A stretch of DNA of 64,000 nt from the human T2T-CHM13v2.0 reference genome, Homo sapiens: NCBI RefSeq assembly GCF_009914755.1, contig NC_060928.1; one strand, 5' to 3'. The notes beneath the pieces are model-generated. The model saw only the letters and a program-made list of their open reading frames with translations. It made no database searches and had not been told where the DNA came from. The position numbers and the translations under genes are program-made. Below, in pieces: positions 34,480-48,794 of the stretch (position 1 is the first letter of the stretch; each line of letters begins with the position of its first letter).

Positions 34480-36049
34480 AAAAAAGTGCTTAGCTCTGTG
34501 AAAGATGCAGCAGCAGCAGACACAAGCATCCCTGGCTTACAAACCCATGTTCTTATGAGGGAGACAAGATCTAGGCACAGAGAGCAATGCATGAGACTAT
34601 ACTGCTGAAGACAAAAATGGATGTTGAGTGGCCAGAGAACATTTCTCTGAGGAGATGAGATTTGACAAGTGCTTTCAAGGAAAAATAACCTTGGGTAAGT
34701 GACTAAAAGAGAGGAAGCCATCCAGGGTGAAAATGACAGAGGGCCACCTGAAAAAATGAGAGAGGACAGCAACAAGACAGGATGACCTAGATGGCAGGCT
34801 TACCAGAAATAAAGGAGGTGGAGCCTTACACACTAAGATCAGCTACTGAGAATTCTTTCAACAGATAACGTGAAGCTCCTCTTTTCATGGTAAATGAAGA
34901 GTTGTTCTTGGATCCCTTTCTAATCCTTCTTATGCTGGAAACACTATCTTTGAGAAATATATCTGGATTTGAAGGTCAAAGAAATAAGAAGCAGAGAGGC
35001 AGATAAGAGGATTATTGGCTTGGTTAAGGTGTGGTGATATCTGTACAAGTGTGTAACTAACAGGACTAGAAGAACAGATTAACCCAGGATATAATACTGC
35101 AGTCTGTGTTACCTAATAAATGGAAGAAATGAGGGCATGATGGGACGAAGTATGGGGAAGGGAATGAGGGAGATGAGGGAAAGAAGGATAGACGTAAGTG
35201 GATATCAAAGGCAATCTCGATTAAGGTGAGGCTTACTGAAATTTGTCGGGTAGTGCAGCTTCTGCATGGAAATGTCCTGTGGTCATTTAAAACCATGGGC
35301 ATGGTGCTTAGGTAAGAAGGCTAGCCTGGCCATCGGGGTGTCTTTGAAACAGGTGATTATGCAAACTATGAAAACACATGAGCCTGGTGGATGGAAGGGA
35401 TGACAGACAACCCCAAACTCCCAGAAGCCAAAAAAAGTTAGCAATAGCTACCTACTAAAAAGAGAAAAATAGAATAATTGGACGTCAAATGGATAAGATG
35501 GTCAATTATTACATTTAGCTGTAAACTCTTACCTCTGATTAACTGGTCTACCTGTTCTCTTAACCCCTAGCTTTTGACGTGGCTACCACAAGGCCATGCG
35601 AAAAACTAGATTGGGTGAGAAGGTAGCATCCTAAATCTGATTTTTGCTACAGGGCTGTCTCATATTGCCTGCCAGAGATCACAGCAGGAGGTTTGGGGAA
35701 AAGGTTTGAGAACATAGTCTTGCTAAGTTGCCTCTTTGGAGCCACCTGTTAACTGATTCCATGTGGAGTGCAGAACTCTATCGTACCCCAAATGACTTAA
35801 TTCTCTGTCATTTAACATTCTAGTCTGTGGAAAGAGAGCCTTGTGAGCAGAGTTATGTTCCCTTCCTTCTCTGATTGCAGATTGGCTAGCTCTGACCTCA
35901 GTTCATCTTTTACGTAGAACTTGGCTGAAAAAAGCAACAAGAAATTAAACATGTATATGCAATTATTATTTGTCAACTAAAAGTAAAAGAAAAAATGTAA
36001 ATCGTCAGAAAACAACGATAGCAAAAAAGCAACGAGAACACATACCAAT

Positions 36050-36790
36050 ATTCTGAATATTTTCCTTTTCCCTAAAGCTAAAGGCTTAGTCAGCATGTGA
36101 TCAGTTTTCAAAGGCATCACTAGTAAAAAAGTTACTGTTTTACCACAGCATACACACATAACAAGAGGCACCAGCTGTCCAACCTGCACATTTGAGTCCC
36201 TGCAGCTCATCACCAGTTGCTAAGCCAATATCACATTTTTAGGTTCTGTTAAATCCAGGACTCCGAAGTGTGGAATTTTGAATAAAGGGGGCCAGTAGTT
36301 TGGCTGTAGTCACAGAGATCTAAAATAACAATGGCCTAAACAAGATACCACTTTATTTTTGTCTCGCATATAAAATTTCTAACTGCTAAGCCAGCAGAGG
36401 CCAGAGCTCCTTTCTGCTTGTTTTTCCTCCAGCTCTAGAACATTGTCCATTCCACACGGTCCAGAACAGTTCACTGTCACAGCCACACTCTTAACAACTG
36501 GAAGCTGCACCATCTTTCTTTCTTCTTTTAATAGACTCTATTTTTTAGAGCAGTTTTAGCTTTACAGAAAAAAAATGATGCAGAAAGTGCAGAGAGCTCT
36601 TTTATTCATGTCTTATTAGCCAGATCTTAGTAATTTGCTCCCACCTTGCTATAACAGAGACTGAGAAATATGGTTACTATTCTTGGGGGCTTTTTTCCCA
36701 GATTTTTTTTAAATCAAAGTTTTATTACAAAGGAGAGAAGAATGGACATTGGAAATAACTAACAGTCTATCACAATAACTGTCACAATTA
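36050..36790 (-). mobile_element. Old MaLR/ERVL internal end plus LTR, containing a short L1M 3' fragment (about 36525-36600)
   Basis: gttgctaagccaatatcacattttt, aacaatggcctaaacaagata, attagccagatcttag. The L1M end reads ttttttagagcagttttag. Confidence 0.45.
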
Positions 36791-38400
36791 TAGTTATATA
36801 CTAATGTGTGTGACTATGGTGCCATGTCTCTTTTCCACTGTATTTTAAACTTCATTAGGGCCAAGACTATATCTATTTTTGTTGATTGTGAAATTCCAGC
36901 ACCAAGAACAGTGCCTGGCATTTAGTAGATATTTTTAAAAATATGTTTAATAAATGAGTTAAAATTGCTTACCTTAGAAAAAAAATATTTGAAGGCAAAA
37001 GTAAGGCTGAATCTTGGAGAGCTCTCTCTAAATATCAGACTTAGAAGCTTAGAATTTATTATTTTTATTCTTTATTCCTTATTTCAAAACTCTTCTGTAG
37101 AATGCTAATGACTTATGAGGTTTAAAAATATAAAAGAGTAAAAGTGTTTCGTGGCCAAATAATGTAGAAAATACTGCATATTATAACTTTTTGTGACTTT
37201 TTAATGTTTGTAATAATTTTAAAACACCAACAAATCCTGCAGTAATAAATCCATTTAATTTACCAGTTCTCAATACTATTGAATCACAATGCCCTTTTTG
37301 AAAGAAACATCTCTTAAGCATCTTGTGGAATACTACTGTACCATAGAGTATACACTTTGGGAAATGCTGCATTAGACAAAACTATTGAATGTTTTGGAGC
37401 AGAGAGAGTTCACTGTCAACTGGTGTTTTTTGGAAGGATAATCTAGTGGCAGGGAAAGACTGGAGGGAAGATGATTTGGGTAAACAGTTCTAAAAAGGCT
37501 AATCAATAGTTTTCTAATGTTTATGCTTTTGAAAGATTGGCAGTAGCAACCTGGATTTCTCCATACCAGGATAACTAAAGCTACAGCAGAAAAAAAATTT
37601 TAATTACCTCATGTTTGTTGTTGTTTCAGTTAATTATATTTTGAGGTCAACTTGTTTCCTCCTTCAGGATTTTACCAAATAACATTTTAATTTCCCTCAA
37701 ATCTTTAGGCGATCACTTTTTTAAACTGCTAACTGATTTGCTGCAATATTCTATCACAGGAATAAATGAATAGCCAAATATACACACCATATACTGAACC
37801 TTAACAAATTATAAAACTAATGTCAACTCCAAATGTATAATAAGATGCATTATAAAATATTTTTTCTCTTTGTATTTATTTTTAGGTCCCAATCTGCCAC
37901 AGCTAAGAATATGCACTTTATTTTTGCTATATATCCATGTCTTTTTAATTTCACAATTTAAACTAAGCAACTTTTTCCTTTCTCTTTTCATTTTCTCAAT
38001 TTTGCTGACTTTGCTTTAAAAAACTATTCTAATCCAAAATTTTTTTCTTTGCTTCATTCATTTACTACACAGGAATCTATTCAAAGACTTTACTGTGTGT
38101 AGACACACCTCTAAGTTCATCTACTTAAAAAATTCTATTAACCTCACAATATTATTTAACTGGTATATAAGAGGGAATTGAGGGGGGAGAAATATTATGG
38201 AAATCAATCAAACCAAATTTTGTATTGCAAATCTCTTATTCATTATTGTGAATAATCTAAATTTAAAGTGTTTATGCAAAATAGTCTTTAAGGACAATGC
38301 AAACTACTATTGAATGTTTTTCTATGATCTTACAAATTCTATCACATTATCAAAACATCTCCAAACATTTCATACATTTTCCTCAAATTACCTTAGTTCT

Positions 38401-38850
38401 TATGGGAAACCACAATATGTCACCCTAAAATATGCCTGTTTTGCATAGGATTGTTTTGAGTTGAAGGTAATTGAAAAGAGACAGATTCAGGAAAGCTCTC
38501 GGCCCTTCCTACTTGCCTAAAAGCAGGACATAAATTTACAAACACAAAAGGTATCCCACCCCACATGCCGATTCTACCAGAGAGAACAAAGTTTAACCAC
38601 TGAAGACAACTTGAGACCCTTCCCAGGCTATGGATGGCACAGGGGAACCTACATTGACAGGCTCTCCTAACTGGCCTTTATCTGTCATTTATTTGCCTTT
38701 CCACAAATTGCCACCCCGAGAGACTCAAAGTCCTTTTCTTTTGCCGTGTCATTTCTCTAAAAATGTACTATTCAGTTTTTTTCCTGCTAACAATTCACAA
38801 CAGTCGCTGGAAGATGAGGCCATGCGGTGTATTCATTCCTCAGTGCTGTC
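38401..38850 (+). mobile_element. MER67-like ERV1 LTR
   Basis: tatgggaaaccacaatatgtcaccctaaaatatgcc...ggattgttttgagttgaagg. 3' end uncertain. Confidence 0.6.
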
Positions 38851-39239
38851 CCAGGCCCTGGTGTTCACTGTTTCAGTCTCGACTTTTTTGCACTGCCCTG
38901 GAAGTCCTGCAGTCAACCTATACTGGAAACCTTGAGTTAAAAACCCAAATTAGTTAAAACTTTAAATTTTCACTTGGGTCTTGGGAGTGACTTTGGGGCT
39001 TTATGCATCTGTGGGTGTATATTCCTCTGATATTCCAATAAAAAGTGACAAGTATTCTCGCAGGGGTGTATGTGTGTGTGCATGCGCGAGTGTGTTTTAT
39101 GACACAGAGCAGATAATAAATACCTTTTGAGAGAGTAAATGAATCTCTTAATTATCTCTTAATTACAGCCTGGATGCCAGAGGAAACATCTGCTCCTTCT
39201 AGACAATGCGGGTTGACTTTTCCTTTTGCGAGATAAATT

Positions 39240-39281
39240 GATAGATAGAAAGATGATAGATAGATAGATAGATAGATGATT

Positions 39282-39329
<48 letters not shown>
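39240..39329. repeat. Compound (GATA)n tetranucleotide STR
   Basis: Read directly. About 90 bp with GAT/GATT interruptions. Confidence 0.97.
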
Positions 39330-40530
39330 CAATGTGTGTGTGTCTGATCTTTCAGACTTTGGGTCATCCTGAATTAAAACCTATTTTGGTGCTGATGGAG
39401 CTCAGAGAATATTTCTTCTCTCGCCTCTCACTCTCTTTGAGCCATTTGACTCTAGCCTGCTTGCTTTCTTTCACTTCAAAGCAGCATGCAGGAACAGCAG
39501 CTCCTCTGGAAGTCAGGGCCTGCTGTTTCATGGACTAATTTATCCTCTTCTGCTTTTCTCTCCAGCTGCTTCCTCCACCTCATGCTCCCTGAGTCACTTT
39601 GCCATAGCAGCAAAGGCTCAGGGCATTCTGTGACACTTTCTTCCAGAAGGCCACGCTAGGCTCATGAGTTCACTAAGGGGGTGTCTTCAGCTTAGCAAGT
39701 GATGCAGATAACAAACCACAAATGCCAACTCACAGAGGAGGTTTCTGTCCAAGGGCCAGTCATGTTTGGCCCTTCCCACTGAAGGACGTGAGCCATCATT
39801 TCCAAAGAACCAACAAGCAGAGGTCCTGACACTTGAGACTGTGAGTTTCAGAGTAAGGAAGAAAAAATACTATGAAAAAAAAAACACACAACCAAGACCC
39901 CTGACCTTAGAGCAAATTTCCAGGTGAAAGCAACAGTTCAGAAGCTTTGCTCCTCCCAGGACTCGATGTTATTTCAGTTAGAGATTTATTCTTACTGGCA
40001 AGCACCTTAGTGAGAGCTAGATTAGATTGGTTTTTCCTAACACACTGCTACTTTCATCTTCATGGAATCATGGGATGTTGTTTAAGAGGGGAGAGAAGAA
40101 AACAACCAGGGAATATGAGCAATTTGAGGAAGGACGTTGGAGAAGTCATAGGTAAGACTACTATGTTACCTTATTAAGGGATGTGGGAAAATAAGAACCT
40201 AGACGATTTTAGTCTTGATGAGAAGCCTCTAAGACCCAAGGAGGGTATTGAGAGAGGAAATATTGTATCCTTTCTTTGTCTCTAAAGGGTTTTTAATTTT
40301 TTATTTACATCAAATAAATCTTATTTCCCATTTCTTGTTATTTCTATTCACAGTCTCCTTCCCTCACTTCACCCAGGCTATTTATCTCTACCATTTCTCC
40401 ACTGCCCCAAACATGTCACCTGCTTCTCCAAATGGCACATACTCTCCTTTTCAAGTCTTTACTCAATCACCTTCTCATGAGGCCTTCCGACCCCACGCCC
40501 ACCTCTGAAAATTCCCTAGGCCTCTTTTCT

Positions 40531-40833
40531 TTCTTTCTTTCTTTTTTTTTTTTTTTGAGACGGAGTCTCACTCTGTTGCCAGGCTGGAGTGCAGTGGCGT
40601 GATCTCGGCTCACTGCAACCTCCGACTCCCTGGTTCAAGATTTCTCCTGCCTCAGCCTCCCAAGCAGCTGGGATTATAGGCACGTGCCACCACGCCCAGC
40701 TAATTTTTGTATTTTTAGTAGAGACAGGGTTTCACCGTGTTGGCCAGGATGGTCTCGATCTTCTGACTTCGTGATCTGCCCGCCTTGGCCTCCCAAAGTG
40801 CTGGGATTACAGGCGTGAGCCACCGCACCTGCC
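40531..40833 (-). mobile_element. AluSc inside an L2 fragment (about 40370-41050)
   Basis: TSD taggcctcttttct at 40517-40530 and 40834-40847. Sc-type gttgccaggctgg and gccaggatggtctcgatc. Confidence 0.95.
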
Positions 40834-41266
40834 TAGGCCTCTTTTCTAACTTACTTATTTCTTTATCACTTATTGTCATCTCACATACATTTTACACATT
40901 TTGCTTACTTCCTTTCTGTCCCCATCACTGAAGTGGGGACTTCTATCTGTTTTGTTTGCCTCTATAGCTCCAGAGCCTAGAGAAGTGCCTGGGTCAGAGC
41001 AGAGTCCCAGGAAGCATTTGTGGATGGAATACAAGAACAAATGAACAAATGAATTGCAGCCTGGCTGCCAACAGAAACGCTTCGGGATTTGACCTGCTTC
41101 TTCCCCCTTCAGACAATGTGGTTTGACTTTTCTTTTATTATGTTTGTTGAAAGCAAAAGTAAATTCTATTAATCCATTATAAAAACAACAGGAGGTTTAT
41201 TATTTCCATGAGAATCTCATAGTTATACAGATCCAGGTAAGGCTTCATCTAAGACAAGGAATTGTC

Positions 41267-41633
<367 letters not shown>

Positions 41634-42595
41634 TCAAGTCACCTGTAAGCACTAAGTCACCTTTCCACCTTAAATTCACTTTTTACAGCAAAGGATGCCT
41701 GGTGTTGCCTGCTGTTCCTGCAGCATTGGTTCATATCACAAGTGGGCTCAAGAAAGAATAGAAAATTTGAATCACCATGGTGCCGATATGCATTGCTGCT
41801 GTGCAGCACAATCACCTATATAACTTCTGCACCTGCACCCTACCTGTAGGGATTCTGATTTCCTCCTCTGAAGAACATGTAGAGATGATTTTGACACCCA
41901 CACAGGAGGGAGATCCACTAAGTTAGGGAAGCAATGTATCACTATTCATTGCTTTGCCTGCAATTCCTCCCCATTATCTCTTTACTTTAAAAATCAGCAT
42001 AATTTCCTTGTGTGCAGGTGTGTGCTTGTGTGTAGGAATGCCAGGCATATGAAGAACAACCTACAACTATTACAGGGAAACTGCCAAGAATAAATGTCAG
42101 ACTTTTCAAAAATTTTGCTTAGGGTGGGCCCAGTGCCCAGGAAAGTGGGTTGGCCTGGAAAACTACAACCATTTATAATATTCTTTTTATGCGAAAAGAC
42201 ATTCTCCTTTCCAAACAATAAGGTCACAAAATAATTTTTTAAATAAAATTGGTTTATAATTGGAGAGCTGCCTATAAAACTGGAGATTTAAATTTTTAAA
42301 CACAAGGTAAATCACAGATCAGACTGGCAAAGACATTTTCTGATGGGTATACCAAGCAATCTAGGAACAGTTTACATTAGTTTGATTGAAATATGAACAG
42401 AAGATGCAGCTATCAGCTTATGTTTCACAGTTCATAGTAACAGCTCAAGCAATAGTAGCTATATTTTAAGAAAGACAAAGACTAAAGACTGTGGTTAATG
42501 TCTGACACAAAAAATGTAAGACATCATGGTGGCAGTTTTAGAAACTGTACTTTATAAAGATTTGCAAATTGTTGCCCCTTTTTGCTACTTAGGCG

Positions 42596-43386
42596 TTTCT
42601 CAAAAGAAGACATTTATGCGGCCAAACATATGAAAAAAAGCTCATCATCACTGGTCATTAGAGAAATGCAAATCAAAACCACAGTGAGATACCATCTCAC
42701 ACCAGTTAGAATGGCGATCATTAAAAAGTCAAGGAACAACAGATGCTGACAAGGCTATGGAGAAAGCGACACTTTTACACTGATGGTGGGAGTGTAAATT
42801 AGTTCAACCATTGTGGAAGACAGTGTGGCGATTCCTCAAGGATCTAGAAACAGAAATATCATTTGACCCAGCAATCCTATTACTGGGTATATACCCAAAG
42901 GATTATAAATCATTCTACTATAAAAACACATGCACACGTATGTTTATTGCAGCGCTGTTCACAATAGCAAAGACTTGGAACCAACCCAAATGCCCATCAA
43001 TGATAGACTGGATAAAGAAAATGTGGCACATATACACCATGGAACACTATGCAGCCATAAAAAAGGATGAGTTGATGTCCTTTGCAGGGACATGGATGAA
43101 GCTGGAAACGATCATTCTCAGCAAACTAACACAGGAACAGAAAACCACATGTTCTCACTCATAAGTGGGAGTTAAACAATGAGAACACATGGACACAGGG
43201 AAGGGAACATCACACACTGGGGCCTGTCGGGGGGTGGAGGGCTAGGGGAGGGATAGCATTAGGAGAAATACCTAATGTAGATGACCAGTTGATGGGTGCA
43301 GCAAACCACCATGTCACGTGTATACCTATGTAACAAACCTGCACGTTCTGCACATGTATCTCAGAACTTAAAGTATATATAAAAAA
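42596..43386 (+). mobile_element. 5'-truncated L1PA (about PA7)
   Basis: ORF 42811-43164 is the ORF2 C-terminus, followed by the 3'UTR. No TSD seen. Confidence 0.95.
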
Positions 43387-43699
43387 GAGAAATATATTAA
43401 AACAAAGAATGACAACAAAATGGAATGGGAGCTGAAGGTAGATGTGTAATCAATAAAGGATTATTCTTAGGATGTGAGAATAATTATTCTTAAGATCTTT
43501 GAATGTTTGAGTGCTAACGGGAAATATTCAAGAATGAAGGGAGAATGGATGGTACACAAGAGGAAGTGGAGATTGCATTATGTTTTAACAAGTGAGAGGA
43601 GACAGAATCTGGTTCTGAAGTGGCAAGGAGCACATATATTTCACCCATAATAGGAGATGAGGCAATGGATAGGAACACTCTCCATGACATATCATATTT

Positions 43700-44620
43700 C
43701 TCTGTTTTGTAAAATGATCATGTATTCAGCAACATTGCTACAAGATCTTATCAGTATAATAATTTCCTATTTTTTGTAGTTCTTGTTAATTTATGTAGAT
43801 ACTCATGTGTCTGCAAAGAAGGACAGTTTTATACGTTGTCTTCCTTTCCAATTGATAGCCCTCTGTCATAGCGATTAGTACTATCCATCGATATTTTCTT
43901 ATCTTCCCCCTTCTTGATCTGTATAAGGATTTTACTTTGTAGCTCCCCTGCTCCTCAGTGGGGCTACATGACTATTTCTGAACAATGAAGTTTTGAGCAT
44001 TTAATTGTAGATGCTACATCTAGCTAAGCTGTTATTTCCCTTAGATACAATGACTGGCATGTTTAAGATTGTGGTTATGCCAACCTCACCTTAGTGATAA
44101 TGAGCCCAGACCTTCTGCCAATCATGTAGATCATTTAGCATGAGCAAGACACAAATTTCTGTGATTCTTAAACAAGCATAATGCTTGAGTTTTATGAACT
44201 GCAACATAAGTGAGCCCATTCTGATTAATATGGTTCTTTTTTTTTTTTAGCTGATTGCATTGTGTCAGGATCTCCAATACCAGGAGGCAGATAATACAAG
44301 GTGGGAGTAGAGACTCCTGTATTATTAAGTGGCATTAAGTATTGTTTGTCATAAGCCTTTTATCGATTAAGTAATTTTCAATTTATTTAGAGTCTTCCAG
44401 AATTTTTATAATAAATGGAAATTGGATACCATCAAATGTATTTTCTGCACCTATTCAGTTAATGTGGTTTCTCTCCTTTAATCCATTAGTGAAATGAATC
44501 TCTGTTATTACACATATTTGAATTCCTCAGGTAAACCCCTGCTTAATCATGATTTAATGTTTATTTACAGTTCAGCACTTAAATTTGTAAGTGGGAAGGG
44601 CCTATCATTTTATCATATTA
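43700..44620 (-). mobile_element. Old L1M fragment split by an MLT1H/I/J-like LTR (about 43865-44230)
   Basis: gtgtctgcaaagaaggacagtttt and atcaaatgtattttctgcacctatt. The MLT1 motif is ggggctacatgactatttctgaacaatgaa. Confidence 0.55.
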
Positions 44621-44979
44621 TTTTCATTAATATCAATGCCCTTAATTCCACCCTTCTTTTTTATTTGCCTCATCTTGTAACTTCAGCCCAAGTGCAAAGT
44701 ATTAGGGGTGATGTGGTGGAGTCAGTCATTAAAAAATAATAAAGTCCCAGAGTAAAGAAAAGGAAAGAAAAAGAGGTATGGAAAGACAGGAGCATATTTT
44801 TAGGCTGAAGAGATGAAGTGCACAGAGAGAATTAAGGTGCAATGGAAAAAAAACTATTAATGGAGCAAGGCTCCAGAGTAGAGAAATATGATGGTGTCTC
44901 AGTCAGTTTGAGCTGCTATTACAAATGACCATAGACTGGGTGGCTTACACATTTATTTCTCACAATTCTGGAAGTCTAT

Positions 44980-45480
44980 CTTCTTCTCTTTCTCCAGCCA
45001 CTGAACTTAGATTTTCTTTTGGAAAAATGCCTCTCCTATGCTTTTAATTTGTATAATTTTAGAAGAGACACATTTCTGACGCATGGGATGCCTCAGTGAC
45101 CCAGCCATGTAGCCCAGGCCAACATACAGTAGTTGGCTCCAAGGTAAACATGTCTTTATAGCTGTGGACATTATAATCAATAAGCATCAGTCCTGGAACT
45201 ATTGCTGAAACATGGGGTAGGAGAAGCTCCTTACTGATGGTGACAAGCTGGCAGAATGTAATTCTGAAGCTGCTAGGAGGCCCAAATGAAGAAAACATGT
45301 ATGACAAGCCAAAAGAAGAAAGAAAATTCAGGATAAAAAAGGAGAAACATTCTTGATAATGTAATTTGAGTCCTGAGATACATCCATGCTAGAAGATGAA
45401 CTCCTGAGTTTTCGGATACAACACCAATGAATACCTTTCTCTTTGGAAGTTTGAGTTTGATTTTTGAATCATTAAAGACT
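44980..45480 (+). mobile_element. LTR16-like ERVL LTR, preceded by a short MLT1A/MST fragment (about 44896-44975)
   Basis: cccaggccaac...cagtcctggaactattgctgaaac...tttgagtcctgagatacatccatgc. Confidence 0.55.
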
Positions 45481-45601
45481 CATCATCTTTTTAAATAACC
45501 ACCCACAACATTCTTCCCACCTACATGCCTCTGAGGCATCTACTGTGTATTGCACTAATTCAGTGTTTATGGCAAAGTGACTTATATGGTCGTTTCCATC
45601 A

Positions 45602-45959
45602 TGATATGATTTGGCTGTGTCCCCACCCAAAACACATCTTGAATTGTAGCTCCCATAATTCCCATGTGCGTGAGAGGGACCCAGGGGGAGGCAACTGAAT
45701 CATGGGGGCAGGTCTTTTCCATGCTGTTCTCGTGATAGTAAGTCTCACGAGATCTGATGGTTTTATAAAGGTGAATTCCCCTGCACATGCTCTCTTGCCT
45801 GCTGCCATGTAAGACATGACATTGCCCCTCATTCTCCTTCCATCATATAGTGAGGCCTCCCCAGCCATGTGGAACTGTGAGCCCATTAAACCTCTTTCCT
45901 TTATAAATTACCCAGTCTCAGGTATGTCTTTATTAGCAGTGTGAGAACAGGCTAATACA
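45602..45959 (+). mobile_element. THE1B-like solo LTR
   Basis: tgatatgatttggctgtgtccccacc...gctaataca. Confidence 0.92.
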
Positions 45960-45999
45960 TATGGTTATGTACATTTCCTGCCTCTTCATCTAAATGTCA

Positions 46000-46290
46000 G
46001 TATTGGAAGGCAGTCTATTACAGACCTGCAGCCAGACTTCCTGAGGTTTGAATCCTGGCTTCACCACTTACCTGCTAAGTGACCTTAAGCAAAGCACTTC
46101 ACCTTTTTGTGCTTCTGATTCATTATCTATACAATGGGAATTATAATGGTAACACCTCATAGGGTAATTGTAAGGAGTTAATATATATGAAGCCCTCGGA
46201 AAAATATCCAGTACATAATATACATCATACAAGTAAGCCCCATGTAAGTGTGAGCTATTTTTATTACTATAATTATCACAATGATGATTA
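46000..46290 (+). mobile_element. MIR
   Basis: ggtttgaatcctggcttcaccacttac...gtgaccttaagcaa. Confidence 0.8.
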
Positions 46291-46757
46291 TGATTATTAG
46301 TTATAACCCCACTGCCTACTGCTGTGCCCCTCAATTATAGAATGAATCACTCTTAACTATTACATAAGAGGATTTTAATATGTTACTTGTTTTTCTGATC
46401 CTACAGTGTTAACAGGGACCAAACGACCAAAGCATAATGAGACAGCCTCTGTCAGCTCAGTTCACAATGCTATAAATGTCCCAAAACTTCCTGCCTCATT
46501 CCTGCTATTTCCTTCACCTTTCCATCCATTCCCAGCCTTAATCAATTCCTGCCCTTTTATATTCATCTCTCATGCCCAGCATCCAATGGGCCATCAAACT
46601 TAATGATAGAGTTTAATCTCAGCATTTCTCCTTGGTCATGGTTGGGTATTAATCTTCCGTCTTTTATCTGCTTATCTCATCTGCTTCTCTTATCTTACGC
46701 TAGTTTCCCTGAATTACCACACCCTGCCCTCCCATGAGGGGATATCAACTAACCCCT

Positions 46758-47196
46758 TGTCAAAAGACAAAGTTACAATATATTTAGTTTCAGAACTAAT
46801 TAACTTTATTTGTGATGCATGAATCACAGCACCCTCCATTCTACAAAACAGAATAAGGGATCCCACTGGGAAATGTCAGAACAGTGGGATTTATAAGGTG
46901 GGAACAAGAAAACAACAATAGAAAAAACTGATTGGTTAACATCAGGTTACTTCAAGTTCCTTTTTTTTTATAAGGGTTAATGCAGAGGGGACTTCCTTTT
47001 TATGCTGGCTCAGCTAGACTGGAATCTGTTTTCAGGAAAAATCAAACAGTCTGTTTAGGAATCTATGTACTTCCTTAAAGTTTCAATTTGATGATGTGAC
47101 ATTTAGCATGAGTGACTCCAATTTAGCTTGGTCTGGTCTATTGGGGCCTAGTGCAGAGGCTCAGTCCGAAACAATGGTTCATAATTTTGCATAACA
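46758..47196 (-). mobile_element. ERV1 solo LTR (MER65-like)
   Basis: TG...CA termini (tgtcaaaagacaaa...gcataaca). 4-bp TSD ccct/acct. Family name and strand are from recall. Confidence 0.65.
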
Positions 47197-48254
47197 ACCT
47201 AAGAAAAGACCATCTACTCTACTGCAAAGCTTTAGGACATACCTTTATCAGGATTTTATATGTAGCTTCCAAGACACAGGAAGTAGCTAGTATTTTGTAT
47301 TGGAAAAGGACTAAGAATGAACATATATCTTCTCTTAAACTAAAATCTCTCCTCATGTCTGTTTCTTCTATAAGTTTAAGGAGAATTTCTAGGTTTGGTA
47401 GCTCCATTCCATGTGAGTGGTACTCAGTCACATGAGTAGGATTAGGATGCTGATGGGGTCACATTAATTGCTTAAAATCTAAGGAAAGTGGGTGGAAGCA
47501 AAGGGGGCCAACTAGTTTTCAAGACCTGAGGACCATTGATTTCTATTTAAAGAATACAAGATGTATTTAATCAAGGCCTAGCCAGTTGTGAGAACTTCTC
47601 ATCATCACCAGTCTCAATACAGAAATAACTGCCGTCATTCAGAATGTTATCTGAAACAAAGTGGAGGATGAAGTTGGCAAAAGGCTCAAAACCCATAAAA
47701 ACACTTATGATTTAAACATGAGATGTTTCCCTGTGCTAAATTTGGAATGATTTGCTGGTCTACAGTCCTGTTGGAGGAAAGAAAATGCTCAGTTTGGGAA
47801 ATAAAGGAAGAAAACATATCAATGTTTTGCCCATAATATTGGGAGAAATAGAATTATCTGAACCATATGAATTCAGAAAGTACTCGCATGACAAAAACAC
47901 ATTTACTATATTTAGAATACGACTTAAGAACAGTATTTCAAACTCCCAGAAATTCGCTAGTGGAATTTTTAAAGCAATTTTTAGTTTTTACATAATAAAT
48001 ATATATGGTGTACTTTTATATATGAATACACCCAGAAAATTTTTCTGTATGGCTTGCTACAAAAAGTATTACAGGTTAAATAATAACTCATGAAAGCTTA
48101 TATAATAACAGAGGGCATGTAATGTTGGTTGCTGATTTTTTTTTCACCCAAAACAAAGTAGGAAGGTGCACATGCCATGTTGAATATTGAAAAAAACTAA
48201 TGTTTATTTAAGAGGAAATAATGAGCTCACCCATTAGGCCTTGGTGTATAATTT

Positions 48255-48670
48255 TTTTCTAGGTCAGTTTTCCCAGAAGTAGACCCTGAGATGAAGGTTC
48301 ATAGGCCAGTGATTTATCAAGTAAATGCTTATTAGTGATCCTAATAAAAGGGTGAAGTAAGCAGGAAAGTGAAGGCGAGGAAGCCAGATAAGAGTGTGAC
48401 CTCAAGCCTTTCCCACACAGGATAACCTCAGCCTAATCCCAGAGGGGAGCTCTGGAGAGTAAGTTACATCTCAGAGTTGTACTAATTTGTGTCAAGAGAG
48501 TTGGGCTTTCAAATTCCCACATAGTCATGGGCTAAGGGTCACACCAGGAGGATGGAAATTCCCATGTGTTCAGTCAAAGGCTTCAGTAGGTTGAAGAAAG
48601 TCCTCCAAAAAATTGCTATAGTTTATGAATGACACCAACAAAAGAATGTTAAATCCTGAGGACACACAGG
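48255..48670 (-). mobile_element. Old ERVL-type LTR
   Basis: ttctaggtcagttttcccagaagtagaccctgaga...gggagctctggag. Confidence 0.5.
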
Positions 48671-48688
48671 ATGTTCATTTATTTATCT

Positions 48689-48794
48689 AAATAATGCCCT
48701 ATACCATTATTATTACCTTTCTTATCTTAAAAAAATAATGCCCTATACCATTATTATTACCTTTCTTATCTTAAAAGGTATTATTACCTTTCTT
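48689..48794. repeat. Perfect 44-bp tandem duplication plus a partial third copy
   Basis: aaataatgccctataccattattattacctttcttatcttaaaa twice, then gg and tattattacctttctt. Confidence 0.95.
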
